A DNA stretch of 64,000 bases, taken from Isurus oxyrinchus. Lineage: Eukaryota. The translations under genes and the position numbers were made by a program. Position 1 is the stretch's first letter. The number at the start of each line of letters is the position of its first letter. Below are positions 11,901 through 26,292 of the stretch, in pieces. The notes under the pieces are model-generated. The model was given only the letters and a program-made list of their open reading frames with translations. It searched no databases and was not told the origin of the DNA. Location: positions 310,001 to 374,000 of the forward strand of contig JANJGN010000358.1 in the NCBI GenBank assembly GCA_026770705.1, written 5' to 3'.

Positions 11901-14900
11901 GTTGGACTCAGTGCATGAAATGGTGTTCTAGACCGAATCCCTCAACACATGTCAAAATATATTTGGATGTTCACTTGAAGTACTGTAGCCCCAAGGGCCC
12001 TGGTACAAAGCTAGGAAGTGGGCTATGACTTGATAGATCATTTCAGGCCATTATGGTTAGGGGGTGCGCAATGGCCTATTTCTGTGCTGCACAAATCTAT
12101 GAGTTTCAGATGCTATGAAGTGTGTGGAGGTCTCAAAGTATACAGAGGAAGGTAACCAGTTTGTTAACAAGGATCAGGGTCTTTAGTAACAACAATAAAT
12201 TGGACAAATTGGCAACATTCTGCTTGTGATAAAGAAGATTAAGCAGAAACCTAAACGCTTTTTCCAAGATGATGAGAAGTTTTGAGAGAATTAGCAGAGA
12301 ACACCAATTCCTTCTGTTCATTGTGTCAATATCCAGTGATCATAGCTTCAAGAAAAATATATATATTGGCAGATTTGTAAAAGGGCGATGAGGAGAAATG
12401 TTTCGCTAGCAACTGGTTCCCTTTATATTACACCAGATCCTGCCTCAATTATTACTCTTTGAGTTCAAGTCACAGTTTTAGTTTTGCTGAAACCTATGAA
12501 ATTTATGGATGCATAATCTGGTATTTGTATTTTTATTACACTAGGCTCTGACACAATTAACTCTGTGCTAATCAAGCCTCTGTTTCAGGCCGGCCCCCGA
12601 ATCAGTTATTATTACATTAGAGCATTTCGCTATTTATATTATATAACGCTCTGTTTCAGTTATTAGTGAACCATACACCGTGTCTCTATATGTTGCACTC
12701 GACCACGTCTCAGTTATTACTATACTAGAACATGTATGTGTTAATATTACCCTGGATCCTGTCTCTGTTGTTACTGCATTGGAACCTGTCTCCATTTATA
12801 ATGTTTTACATTATTGTTTCTGTTAAAATTGCACTGGAAAATATATCTCTTTATATTTTACAGTGGGCCCTTTCTCAGTTATTACTGCCCTATACCATGT
12901 TTCTGTTAAGCTAACACTTTACCCACGCAGGTAAACATTGAATTGTATCATGGCAAACGTATTGGAAACTGGTGAGGAAATAGTGAAGTTAACGCGCAGC
13001 ACAAAACAATGGAAACAGAAACAATTTTTTTTTATTGAATTTCATTGAGAGTGGAAAGTGTTACATTCCATTCCAAGTGAGAGAATTACAGATTTATTAT
13101 GCTCACGTCAGGTAGAGGTACAGTTGCATTTTCACCGCCTCTTGCACAGATCATCACACACTCCAGTGACGCACAAATGATCACTTGTCAACAAACAGAG
13201 AGAATGGTGGGTAGATGTCCTTTATTCACCATGTGATTTAATCCACTTTCGAACTGAATTCTGAGCGCAGCTAAACTCACTTTGGAATCTAAATAGGCAT
13301 TTTCCACACAAGAGCTCGAAAAAGACGTCAGCATCAAGAAATGTTAACGATAATAGATGATCTGAAATTGCTGGATGGATGGTTCGAAATGTAGATAGAT
13401 AGACTGACCGCCAAACAGACAGGTACACAGCTAGATGGGTTGACAGATAGAGAGACTGAGATACACAACATCTAGCGTAATATAGACAGTTTAATGCTAA
13501 ATAACCTTTTCGGTGGCTCGTATGATACAAACAGGGAGATGGTCTTGTATAATGTGAAGAGATGTATGCATCAGTGCAATTACTTACTCCAACAGGGCCT
13601 ACTGTAAAACATGAATTGAGACTAGGTCTTTTGCACTGCGATCTGAGACAGAGTCCTGTGTAATTTAAAGGAAGGCATGACCCAGTCATTACGTATCAAC
13701 ACCTTTCATGGTCTTAAATACCTCGATCAAAGCCCCTCTTAACATCTTCTATTCTAAGGAAAACGATTCAAGATCTTCAAGGTCTAGTAACATTCGGATC
13801 AATCTCCTCTTCATCCTCTCTGCGACCTTCAAATGCTTTATAAAACAGAGTTCCTGGAATAATTATGTACAATATACATGGAAACACAGTAGGGAGTACT
13901 TTAACAAATGTTGTTTTTAATCATTCACTGGGCTGAAGTATTTATTTATCTCTATTCATCCAGGAGATGTCAGCGTCTCTGACACGGCCAGCATTTCCCC
14001 CTATGCTCCGCTGTCCTGGAACTGAATATCTGGCTAGACATTTTCAGAGTCGGAGGATAGTTAGGAGTGAACCACGTGCTGTGGGCCTGGAGTCACATTT
14101 AGGCCAGACTGGGGAAGGATGCATATTTACTTCACCGAATGTTCATTAGTGAACCAGATGCGTTTATAGCAATGAAAATTGTAACGATCCAGTTCCATTT
14201 CCATTTTTTTATTCATTCATGGGATTTGTGCGTTTCCAGCTGGACCAACATTCAATAGCCAAACACAATTGCCCTTGAGAGGGTGTTAGTGAGCACACCT
14301 CTTGTACTGCTGCAGTCCACGTGCTGTAGGGACACCCACAGTGCTTCTAGGAAGGGAGTTGTATGATTTGGACACAAGGATAGTGAAGAAACAGGGACTT
14401 TCCATTGTTGTTCCTGTGCTTCTGCTGCCCTTGTTGCCCGGAGAATTGGGGAATATTCCACCACACTCCTGACATGTGCCTTGTAGTTTGTGGACAGGTA
14501 TTTGCAGAATTCCCAGCTTCCGAACGGCTCTTGTCTCAATCGCATTTAAATTCCGCCAGCTGCTGTGGTGGGATTTGAATCCATGTCCCCAGAAGATGAG
14601 CCTGGGCCTCTGGGCTAGTGATGAGCACTTGGGACGTCATAACTTTCAAGGCTATGGGCCAAGTGCTGGTAAATGTGATTAGGTAGGTAGGTCAGGTGTT
14701 TCTCACATGCCGGTGCAGACTCGATGGGCCGAAGGGCCTCTTCTGCACTGTGATTCTGTGAATCTGTGGCAGAGCTACAGCCAGGTCGTGCCTGAGTTAG
14801 GGTCCAGTGTAATGTAACCAGAGATAGGGCCTGGTATAATTTAAATGGTAAGTTGCTCCAGTGCAGTAATAACTGAAACAGAGCCTGGTTAAAATAAACT

Positions 14901-15528
14901 TAAACATGGTCCAGTACATTAAAAACAGGGACAAGTTCTATGAAATATAAACATAAACAGTATAGCGCATCAATAACTGAGAAACCGCCTTATGTAACAC
15001 AAACAGATATTATATGAGGTCAAATTTCAACAAAGCTTTTTGGAATTTAAACGTAGTTAATTTTGTACATCTGAACTATTAAAAGTGCCCTCAATATCAG
15101 TAATGGGAAACGTGCATCTCCCAGACTCATCAAAACACAGCTGACATATAAAGGTACGTTTCGGAAATACATCCCCACCCCTCCCCCCCCCACCCCCCCA
15201 CACCCCCAAACCACACCCCTCCCCCCCCACACCCCCCCCCCCCCGCCCACCCCCCCCAACCTTACATGTTTTTTTCCCAAAGGGACTCCAGATGAACAGC
15301 AAGGTGGTTAACTTTGAATCTCCCTCTAAACATTCTCAGTGTGCAGTCATTTTTATTAAACGGCCACGAGAATCAGCAACCTGAGCACAGTCAGTAAAGC
15401 CAGACGGCATCAACCGAGGCACAGGCAAAGACACAGGCAGTCCAATTAACTGTATAAAATTCTCTGAACGATCTTCTGTGGACATCTCCCACAGCTGAGA
15501 AACACTGAACGCAGGCTAGCGGAAACAC

Positions 15529-16310
15529 AAGAAGAAGAACAAAGAAAAGTACAGCACAGGAACAGGCCCTTTGGCCCTCCAAGCCTGCGCCAATCATATT
15601 GCCCGTCAACTAAAACATTTTGCCCTTCCGGGGTCCGTATCCCTCTATTCCCATCCTATTCATGTATTTGTCAAGCTGCCTCTTAAACACCACTGTCGTA
15701 TCTGCTTCCACCACCTCCTCTGGCAGTGAATTCCCGACACTCACTACCCTCTGCGTAAAAAACTTGCCCCGCACATCTCCTCTATAGTTTTCTCCTCTCT
15801 CCTTAAATCTATGTCCCCTAGTAATTGACTCATCCACCCTGGGAAACAGCTTCTGACTATCTACTCTGTCCATGCCACTCATAATTTTGTAAACTTCTAT
15901 CAAGTCGCCCCTCAATCTCCATCACTCTAGTGAGAACAATCCAAGTTTCTCCAACCTCTCCTCATGGCTAATAACCTCCAGACCAGGCAGCATCCTGGTA
16001 AACCTCCTCTGCACCCTTTCCAATGCCTCCATATCCTTCTGGTAATGTGGCGACCAGAATTGCACGCAATATTCCAAGTGTGGTCTAACCAAGGTTCTAT
16101 ACAGCTGCAGCATGAATTCCCAGCTTTTATACTTAATACCGCTGCCAATGAAGGCAAGCTTGCCATATGCCTTCCTGACTACCTTATCCACCTGCGTTGC
16201 CACTTTCAGTGACCTGTGCACCTGTATGCCCAGATCCCTCTGCCTGTCGATGCACTTAAGCGTTCTGCCATTTACTGTATAATTCCTACCTGTATTAGAC
16301 CTTCCAAACT
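15529..16310 (-). mobile_element. 5'-truncated CR1-type LINE (3' end of ORF2 plus 3'UTR), relatively young
   Basis: ORFs 15922-16221 and 15610-15915 give LYRTLVRPHLEYCVQFWSP...RGDLIEVYKIM...FFTQRVV, typical CR1 ORF2 C-terminus, broken by one stop; short-repeat tail at ~15530; possible TSD AAACAC (15523-15528 / 16311-16316). Confidence 0.9.
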
Positions 16311-16399
16311 AAACACGCGCCTGACATATTGATGCTCAATGTTAATACCTTCCAACCAATATCCCCACGCCTGATTGACCCACCAGTGATGGCGGGATA

Positions 16400-18420
16400 T
16401 TAGTCGGGAACGAGTGCCCCTGGGGGTCCTCAAGATTGACTCCAGGAGTCATGAATACTTCTGGCATCAGAACAGGCAACAGTGGAAAATCTCCTTTCTA
16501 ATTCGAGTTATTTCCCTACCTCAACTAATGAATCAGCGCGTCTCCATGTTGAACACAATTCTGGTGAAACCCTGAGAGCAGAAAAGGAAATGGAACTTCA
16601 ATGCCTATCAGCAAGAATGGCTCGATACCAATACTGACTGAGCTGGCCGAGTCACGAAGGACATATCTACCAGACCGTGCCCCTGGAAGGTGTTGAGAGA
16701 ACACAAGGAGAAAACTTACTTGAGACAGGGCTCATTACTCTACCTGGCACAGATACATCTCTCCATGTCAGTACTGATGAGAGTGTCCACCGCACTTTTC
16801 TTTTGGATACTAAGACCCATCTTCAGACTGAGAGCACCACCCGCGATGTTGTGTGGCATAATCATCGTGCTAAATGCGATAGATTTGGAGAATATTTGGC
16901 AATTAAAACCGTGCGTCAGTGAGGCCATTAGCTTGAGCAACATTCTCATCTCCCCACAATATGCACGTCATGGGATGTATAACCCTCACTCTACCATTAG
17001 GATGAAGCCAGGGGATCAACGGTTGTTCAGTGATGAATTTAGATCAGTAGACCAGATGCAGCGACAAGAACATCTAAAAATGGGGCATCAGCCTGATCAA
17101 GCTGTAACATGGTGAAAAATTGCTGACAAACCGAATGTGGCCCATTGACCCTCAATCATTGTACTCTCAGCCACCAGCAACCTGATGGAAGGTGTCATTG
17201 ACGGAGCAATCAAACAGCAGCTCATCAGCAACAAGCTGCTCAACAATGCCCAGTTTAGGCTTCACAAGGGCCTTTCAGTTCCCGACTACATCACGTTGTT
17301 GATTTGAACAAAGGCAAACAGCTAAACTTCTAATATGAGAGTGAATGTCCTTGACATCAAGGTAGCAGTTGACAAATTGTGGCACCAAGGATCATTAGCA
17401 ACATTGAAGTCAATGGCAATCAAGGGGAAAACTCATTGGAGTGATACCTAGCACAAGGGAAAATAATTGCTTTTGCTGGAGGCCAAACACCCCACACCAG
17501 AGCATCGCTCTTGGACTTCCTCAGGAAAGTGTCCTAGGCCCAGCCATCCTCAGCTGCTTCATCAATGACCTTATTTCCATAATCTTGTCAGAAGTCACGA
17601 TGTTCATGAATGTTGGCGCAATTTTCAGCTTCATTCACTATTCCTCACATACTGAAGCAGTTCATGCCTCCATGCAGAAAAAAAACAAAACATTTGGACA
17701 ATATTAAACCTTTGGCTGATGAGTGGAAATTGACATAACGTGTTACAAGTGCCAGGCAGTGACCATCTCTATCAAGAGAGAATCTAACCATCTCCCGTTG
17801 TCATTCATTGACATTACCATCGCAGAATCCAACACCAGCAACATTGTGGGGGCCACAGCAGTAAATTCAGTTAACTGAACCAGCAACATATATGAAGAAT
17901 CTAGAAAAGGTCAGAGGCAGCACATTGTATGGCGAGCGACGCACCTCATGTTTCTCCACAATCTGAACACAATGTCCATGCAACTTTTAGGAAAGTGATT
18001 GAATATCTCAGCTTGCCTGGGTCAGGGAATTTCCAACAAAACACTTCCCGAGCAGGCCCAAGGAACCACATTGTCTTCTCCTAATGCTAGTTCTTATATT
18101 CGGAAGAAGGAAGACACCATGTAGGAAAAATCATTGCGCCAGATTGGCCATCCCATCCGGCATTTATAAACCCATTCCCTCCAGCACCACTGCACAAATA
18201 CAGCTGTGTGCACCATCTACGAAATGCACTGTGGCAAGTCGCCAACAGTTCTTTGACAGTGCCATGCAAGCCCCTGACTGCTAACACCTAGAGGAACTAG
18301 TGTGACAGACCCATGGAAAGACCTATAAGTTCCCCTCAAGGCCAAACACCACATTGGCTTGGAAATATATTGTTCTTTCTTCACTGTCGCTGGGTCACAA
18401 CCCTGAACCCCTATTTTACA
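16400..18420 (+). mobile_element. Old degenerate LINE (CR1/L2 group), endonuclease-to-RT remnants plus 3' end
   Basis: Decayed motifs FNA-QEWL (~16596), LDIK-A-DK-WHQG (~17350), GLPQESVLGP (~17513); 3' end matches copies at 21745-22020, 51150-51560 and 54800-55120. Confidence 0.75.
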
Positions 18421-18619
18421 GCAATGAATCATAGGGTCATAGAAATCTACAATACAATTTGTCCCAGCAAACAAGCAGTAAACAGCCTTGTCAACTGTCC
18501 AGCTCTTGGTCTGTAACCTTTTAGGTTGTTTCACTTCAAATTTTTACAACCCTTTCACATCATGAGTTTTAGATTCCCTTCATCCTTTGGGTGAAAACAT
18601 TTGCCGTGACCTATTTATT

Positions 18620-20260
18620 CTTGGATGAAAGGGTCGACAGTACTTTAGCCAGATTTGCTGATGATACCAAGCTGGAAAGGGGAACAGGTTCTGAGGATGG
18701 ATACAAAGAGGCCACAATGACATATTGGTAAGCTAAGTGATTGTACTGAAATTTGGCGCATGGAATATAAGGTTGGAAAAATATGAGTTTGCCTAATTTT
18801 GCCGGATAAGTCCAAAGGCAACATGTTATTTAAATTGAAAGGCTGCAGAATTCTTTGGTGCAGAGAGATCTGTGTGTATTTGTACACGGATCACAGAAAG
18901 CATGCGGGCACAGCAAGTAGTTAGGGAGACAAATAGAATAATCCCTTTATGCAGCCTTATCTTATCTCAGCTTCCTTTGTTCAAAAGTAAACATTCCTAA
19001 CCTATCCTCCCAAATAGCAATCCTCCTGCAGCCGAGGCAATGTCGTCGTAAATCTCCACTGTAACGTTTCTTGCCCAATCAAATATTTCCGATCGTTCCT
19101 GGCCCAGGGTTGCACCGAACACTCAAACTCGGGCCTAACTAGTGCTTTACACAGTTCCAACAGAACGTCTCCACTCGTATTTTCTATGCCTCGGAGAATA
19201 AAGAATCCCATCTGTTTCTTGATCACCTTATCTACCTGTCCAGACACCCTTAGGAATCTCTGCATTCTGTAGTCCCACTTTAATTCTCAGTGTCGTATCA
19301 TTCATGAATCAATGGAATTCACTAGCTCAGAATGCACTGGATGCCGGGATGCTGAATAAACTTAAGGAGGAGATGACAGATTTTTACTTAGTAACGGGTT
19401 GAAAGGTTATGGGGAGAGGCTGGGAAATTGGAGTTTAGGCCGAAATGAGATCAGCCATGATCGTAATGAATAGAGGGGCAGGCTCGAGGGACTGAATTGC
19501 CAACTCTTGCTCCTAGTTCTTATGTCTTATTTACTGTTTATTACTTTATCTTGTTAGCTTTCCTTAAATGCACTACCTCGCAAACATCTCTAAGCCATTC
19601 TTATGTCTACCTGACAGGTCGATTTCCTGCAGTATACAGCTTTCTGCTCAATTCTTAATCACACAGCCAATTTGTGTATCATCTTAATCATGCTCTTTTC
19701 AGTCATGTGCAAGTAATTGATATATGCAAGAAAAGGCAAGTATCCTATTACCAAGGCCTGGGGGATACCACTCCCATTAACAGAAACACCCTGTGTCATT
19801 CACCGTTTGCTTCCTGGCACTGAACCAATTTTGGATTTACCTCGCCGCTTTGCCTTGGATCACATTGGCTTCTAATTTTGGAACCGCTCTGCCATGTAGA
19901 ACCTGGTCATTTTAAAATCCACATAGACTACATCGAATGCATTGTATCCATCAGCACTCCTTATTATCCCTTCAAAACATTTATGCATAATAGTCAGACT
20001 CGCCCTTCCTTTAACAAATTCTTGCTGTCCAGGTTTGTTTAGGCAGTGTCATTCTAAATGTAGATGCACCCTGTCTCTTAGAATGTTCTCCTTCCAATAC
20101 TATTCCCTGCTCCAAGATTATATTCAGTGTCCTGTAATTACTCAGTCTATACCTTTGTGCGTTTTGAACAAGGGCACAACGTTAGCTGCCTTCTCGCCCT
20201 GTCTCAGTGCCTTAAGTTTCAAAGGATTATAAAGTGATGGTGGTTCCTATGCCGAGGGTA
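18620..20260. mobile_element. Patchwork of CR1 LINE fragments on both strands
   Basis: FADDTKL on + at ~18655; KALVRPEFECSVQPW on - (ORF 19002-19265); CR1 3'UTR at 19330-19530; further minus-strand RT remnants to ~20260. Confidence 0.7.
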
Positions 20261-21744
20261 CAATTTGGGCGAGCCTTGGTATTTATGCATTTTAAAAGGT
20301 ATGCAACCGCTTGATACTTTCAAGATGGTGGCAATTCGCCATTTCTCAAGGAGAACTGGGAATAGGTAGAGATGTTTGACTTAACAACTATTCCAAATCA
20401 GTCGATAATTAATAAGTAAAACATTAGAAACTGTCTAATGTAATATAAACCACCCATGCCCATCCCTACATTACACTGGGTCCTTTTTCAGTTATCATCG
20501 CCTGAGGCAGTGCTGGTTTGGTATAATTTAGGCAAACCAATTTGCACTGTCACCTGGTGGCCAATCATTGCCATTACTGCTATCGTGAAAATGTCGACGT
20601 TCGTAATGTTGTTGGAAACGTATCAACAAACAAATTTGCACTAATATTCCAGTCAACGCATTTTTAATGAAAGGGAATTAAATGCTGTGAAAATAACTGG
20701 TGAAGCAAATCCGCTTTGTGGATGTAAATTGCAAACATTAGGAATAATGTGTTTTGTATGGACACACTCACAGACACAAATAGACACAAATACAGATGTT
20801 CAGGCTCGGTCACACAACCAGTTGCCACAGAAAACGTGAATGTAAAGGCCCTCAGGAGAAACATTCCTTAACATTAAAATACGGTGTACAATAGCCACAA
20901 CAGAGATTTCCACTATTCAGTATAAACTGCAGTGCACTCTGGCTCACCTTGACTTCAGTCCCTCAATCCAGTTCAAATTTCCGAGATTGTCATACGATTC
21001 GACCAGTACTTTCAACAAAACTGTTACATTACACCAGAGCAATGGGAAATTGTACACAGCTCCTGATGGCTGTGGCAAAGACTAAACGTATTTTACAACA
21101 AACAAAAATCCATCTTCCCACCCAGTCAAATATATGTTCTTTAATTATTATGAGACATACTTCTCCCTTCATCCATCTGCCTATTTACCTTCCACAGAAA
21201 AATGCTGTACCACAATAACTGACATTGGCAATAAATTAATATAAACAGAGTGTCCAGTGCTGTCATTACAGAAAGGGGGCCTTATTTAACATGAACAGCG
21301 ATAAGGACTCCTGCACTCTGAGCAGTTTAGTCCATGAATAACTATGGCAGACCCTGTCGAATATAAACAGGGAGATGGCCTCATACAATTTAAAGGTGGG
21401 CATAAAATAGTGCAGAAATAAAGGAGAAAGGGTCTAGTGTAATATAAATAAGGACATGGATGAGTGCAATATAACCAGACACATGCTTCAGTGCAGCAAT
21501 AACTGAAGAAGGGCCTAGTGTAAAGGATGGATGCGCACAGAGTTTATTGCACTAATGTCCGTGACTGGACCCAGTAGAATATGGACGGAGACATTGTCAG
21601 GTTATGGCCTTGCAAACCCCTTCAGAAACTTGAACACATCTTTTAAAACATCTCTTAACTCTCTCTGCTCTAGGATGCTATTTCTATCGTTTTTCCACAT
21701 AACGGAAGCCTCTCACCCCATTCTGGTAATACCTTCGACAGCAT

Positions 21745-22020
21745 CTTCAGAACCCGAGAGCTCTGCGACATAGAAGGACAAGGACAGCAGGTGAATGGAA
21801 GCACCAACACCTGCTAGTGCCGCTCCAAGTCACACACAATATTCTGATTTGGAAATATAGATTTTTTTCCTTCGTTGTTATTGAGTCAAAACCCCAGAGC
21901 TCCCTTCCCACCAGCACTGTTTTTGGATTTGAAACACACACAAGGCGGCTCACCAACACATCTCCGGGGCAATTAGGTATGGCTAGTAAATGTCGGCCTT
22001 GACAGAAATGTCAACATCTG
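21745..22020 (+). mobile_element. LINE 3'-end fragment (same family as 16400-18420)
   Basis: TAGAAGGACAAGGACAGCAG...GGAAATATA...GCTCACCAACAC..GGGCAATTAGG shared with 51150-51560. Confidence 0.65.
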
Positions 22021-25000
22021 AGAATGAAGTAGAACTAGCAATAACTGAGTGAAGGTGTGCTGTGATATAAACATAGACATGCTATGGAGCAGTAATAATT
22101 GAGGCAGTGTATGTATGTTTCCATGGAAGCAATCGCGCTAGCACTGCCACATGGTGGCGAAAGATTGCCATTGCTGTTACTGTAAAATGCCTTCATCAGT
22201 TATTGTCTCTTATATTAACGCATCTAAAAACAAGCTACAATGATATACAAGATCATTACATTCTACAGGGGGTGGCAAAGGATAACAATGCAAAAGATTC
22301 CATCTGAGTGAAGCTTTGTTGCGCAAAGAAACATTAGCAAAAGGACAACGTGGTTCAAATCCTGTTAATTTATATTAATGTACATTTATTGGCGTTAATT
22401 GAAGGGAGGACTTTTGATCAGGGAACATATCTTTGTGTTTGTGTGTGTGTGTGTACGTCTGTGTGTGTGCGTGTGTGTGTGAGTGTGTATGTGCGCGTGT
22501 GTGTACATCTGTGTTTGTCTGCCTGTATCTCTGAGTGTCTGCTTGTTTACTTATATGCCTGTGCGTATTTGTCTAAACACATCATTCTTAATGTTTCCAT
22601 GCGAATTCTGCAAAGGTAAATGATTATGTTTTCCAGTTATGTTTCTATATTTTATTCCCTTTGATTAAAAATATAATTTTAGGTCCTGTAATATCCTTAA
22701 TGTGCATTGATTATCCATTTATTTTGTTCTCATATTTAGATCGCATTGTCCCACCGATCTGTTACCAAGGCAATGTCTGTCTGTCCTCAGAAATCATTTG
22801 TGAAAAGTGATTAAATCGGAGCATGCATAACGTGTATGAATACATTGTTCTCTGTGACAGATTGTTAGTTGATCATCAGCGCATCTCACGGGACCTTGTA
22901 TTGATTTCGGCATGTTGAAGTAAAAGTGAGAATCTCACTATCCGTGACCTGAGATTAATAAAACATTTCCTTCAGTCAGAAAGAAAACGAATTATATCCA
23001 ACAACCGTTTGCAACTATATAGCCCTTTTAATGTCGTAAATCGCTGCATGTTGACTCACCAGACCACTAACAGGCCAAATTTGACACCGAGTCACGTAAG
23101 GAGACACAAGGACGGATGACCATACATTAGGTCAACGATGTAACTTTTAGTGAGAATAGTAAAGGAGGAGAGAGGGAGAAGGGGTTTAAGGCAGTTGGCA
23201 ACAAGTGATAAAATTCACGATGCAAAAGATGTGAGAATTCGAGGAGGGAAGGAATCTCGGAGAATTATGAGACTGAAGGAGCTGACCGGGACGGAGCTGG
23301 TGGTGATGAGGTCGTGGGAGAGGTGGTGGAGGCCATGGAGGGAGATTAACAACTGCGATAATTTTATTACTGATGCATTACTTAACCGAGAGCCGCCGTG
23401 GATCAGGGAGAACAGGGTTGATGGGCTAACGGGACATGTGTGCATTAAGATATGGGCAAGACCATTTAGCTTGAGCTCCTATTTATAGAAGGTAGACTCT
23501 GGGGGGATGGTCAGGAAACCATTGGAATATTCAGGTCAAGAAGTGACGAAGAGATCGATGGGAGTTTTAGTCCACTGCCTTGTTATGATGACCCAGATAC
23601 AGGGAATAATTAATTGGGTTTCTGCTCCCATGTCTGTCGGTGTCATATAGGACCAGTAACAAATAATCATTCCTAGGGTTTGTGCTCGCATGACTGCAGT
23701 ATCAAATAGGCCCAACATCTGGAGATAATGCCCAGGGCTTGTGATTCAATGTGCGTCTGTGTGACTTGGGACCAGCCCCTGGGAATCATTAATATGACTT
23801 GTGATTCAAGGGCACTTCGTATCAGATAATCCCTGCACCTATTAGCAATTCCCAGGTTTTGAACAACTAAACGGACATACATCAGAAAATTCAGGTTCTG
23901 AGGACAATTCCCAGCGGTTATGTTCCCTGGTGAGTTTGCTAGACCTAAGTGTTTGATACTAACCCCAGGATTTATGCTCCCTGATGCTTCTAATATCCCC
24001 CAGTCTCTCGGAATCACATTCAGGATTTGTGCTCCCTGGAGCGTCAGATGGTTTCTGTCACAATAGCCTCATGTTCTGAGAATCTTTCCTAGGATTCACA
24101 CCCTGGTACTTCAGAGAGGATACAGGTTCTGGGAAACAATCTCAAGCTATGAATTCATTCGAAGTGAACGTCCATATACCCAATGGAGATGAGCCTGCAC
24201 TGTTTGGGCACATTGTTGCTGGGCAGATCTGTGTATGGTTCCTTTGCTCACAGCTGGGTTCTTGTTGCCTTGCTATATTTGATCAGCGGGCAGGAAACTG
24301 ATTGTTGAAGTTTCTGCACAGCAGCCACAGATGTTTCCTGTAAACTGAAATGTGAATGTTCTCTCCTCCCTGATGGTAGAACGCTGGATTCCTGTCACTG
24401 CCTGTTGGGCAGAGATATGGGATGAACGTGTTCAACAAACTGGGAATAAATTTATCAGCAAATGAATCGTTAGGCAATATTAATCTAAATTGCATTTCTT
24501 ATGAGATGATACTAAGGAAACTGCGTTTTGTGTATGGCAGATGCAGAACAGACTAAATGCGACAACAACAATGCAATGAGTTTGTGATTTTCATTATTTA
24601 AGGTCAATTTGATTCTGATAATTGTGAAGTTCTTTTACAATCCTGTAGAAGGGAATGCCAGCTGAGCTGGTATCACACAGATATAAAGAACACATTAACT
24701 ACTCTGATAATAATGTTTGATTCATTTAATAATTTTGTAATTTACCCAATGGTCTGCAGACGGCAGAGTTACAATCCCAATCTGGAGACTGACTGGGAAC
24801 TCAAATTATTCACTGAAATGTTTGTATAATTGTAATGGCAGGCTTTATATTTTCACATGTAACCTGTTGGCACATTTGGTCTTGGCACCTGAAAAGCTGA
24901 GCACAACTGGCTTGATATCACCATAATTTCAATGATTTCTCATCCTTGGTGCAAATTAACAACATCAAAAAAAAATCAAACTCGTGATGCCCCAAATTTC

Positions 25001-25964
25001 TGAATATAATTTATGGTTTAGTGGGGTCACTTAGATCGATATTGTTTTATCTGCATTGCTAAATATTTCCCAATGGTTTGTGGGATAAATCTGTCACATC
25101 AATTAGAAATGTAGACATGGTGATTTAATTCTTAACTAAACAGGGTTCGGCTGGACAATGCAGCCTCATCACACACACATTCCTCGGTGCAAATCTCAAC
25201 TTCTCCCATTTAGAATCATTCACTGTGAAATGAAAGAACAATATTCACACTGGTGACCTGAAATCCAGTGGAAAATTGATTCACGGAGGATTGTTTTAAA
25301 GTGAAGCTTCACATTTCACGATGGATTATATCTGAAATTAAGTGACATTATTCCGAAACTGTCGATGTCCTGGGACAAATATAATGGTTTTCTCTGGACA
25401 AATATCAGTAACATTTGTATCTTTTATCACACAGATAGGGGAACATGGAAATAAAGAAGACATACAGTTAAACAGTGCATTTCACAACCAGAGGACACCT
25501 TAAAGCGCTTTATAGGCAATGAAGATTTGTTTGTTTATTTATAAACCTATAATCACCATTGTATTGCAAGGAAAGACGACCGTGAAGTTACGTATAGGAA
25601 GATCCAACAAACTGCGCTGTGATAAATCACCAGATAAGCTGATTTTGGGATGTTGGCTGAACGAGAAATATTGGCCCCAGGGGATCTCTCCCTTCATCTT
25701 CGGAATAATTCCGTGGGTGTGTTTAGGTCCTTCTGAGAGCAATTGGACACTGAGTACATGTGAGGTGTTTATTGGGAATGTAAAGATTCGCACTGAATCA
25801 ATTTAAACCTGCTTTAGAGAGAGAGTATCACATCCCAAAGGATAAACAGACAATCAAAAATATACGTTTGTGGAACACGGAATATTTATTGTTAATAATT
25901 GTTTATACAGCTGGACCTAGACAGGAAAAGAGAGGAGGAGTCAGGCTGTTAACTGGGGGAGGAG

Positions 25965-26030
25965 AGTGACACCCATTCTCCAGCTCTGTCTCTCTCTTTC
26001 TCTCTTATTTGACTCTAGCCGGTATAAATA
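25965..26030 (+). promoter_or_regulatory. V-gene promoter: TATA box (TATAAATA 26023-26030) and CRE/decamer-like AGTGACACCC (25965-25974)
   Basis: TATA lies ~95 nt upstream of the leader ATG; the decamer-like motif matches AGTGACATCA at 8/10; no ATGCAAAT octamer nearby. Confidence 0.6.
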
Positions 26031-26120
26031 GCGGGATGGTTCAGCTCCAGGTTCACAATCTGCTGGTGTCGCTGCGACAGAGAGTCACGCGCCCAAGTCA
26101 GTTATACCCAGGGACTGAGG

Positions 26121-26166
26121 ATGGGATTTGCGCTGTGCCTTTGCTTCTTCTTGGCTTACTTCACCT
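26121..26166 (+). CDS. IGHV: IgH leader exon (MGFALCLCFFLAYFT), phase-1 donor GTAAGT
   Basis: ATG, hydrophobic signal peptide, 46-nt exon; splices in frame to the acceptor AG at 26291-26292 to give ...YVQS|AIVLTQ. Confidence 0.92.
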
Positions 26167-26292
26167 GTAAGTACCCCGACTGTATAAGTGATACAACAGA
26201 AGTCTGTTTCTTTTCTGATATCGCGCTGCTATTTCCATTCACTGATTTGATTGTTTTTTTAATGTAATTACATTTTTTCCATTCGCTGACAG

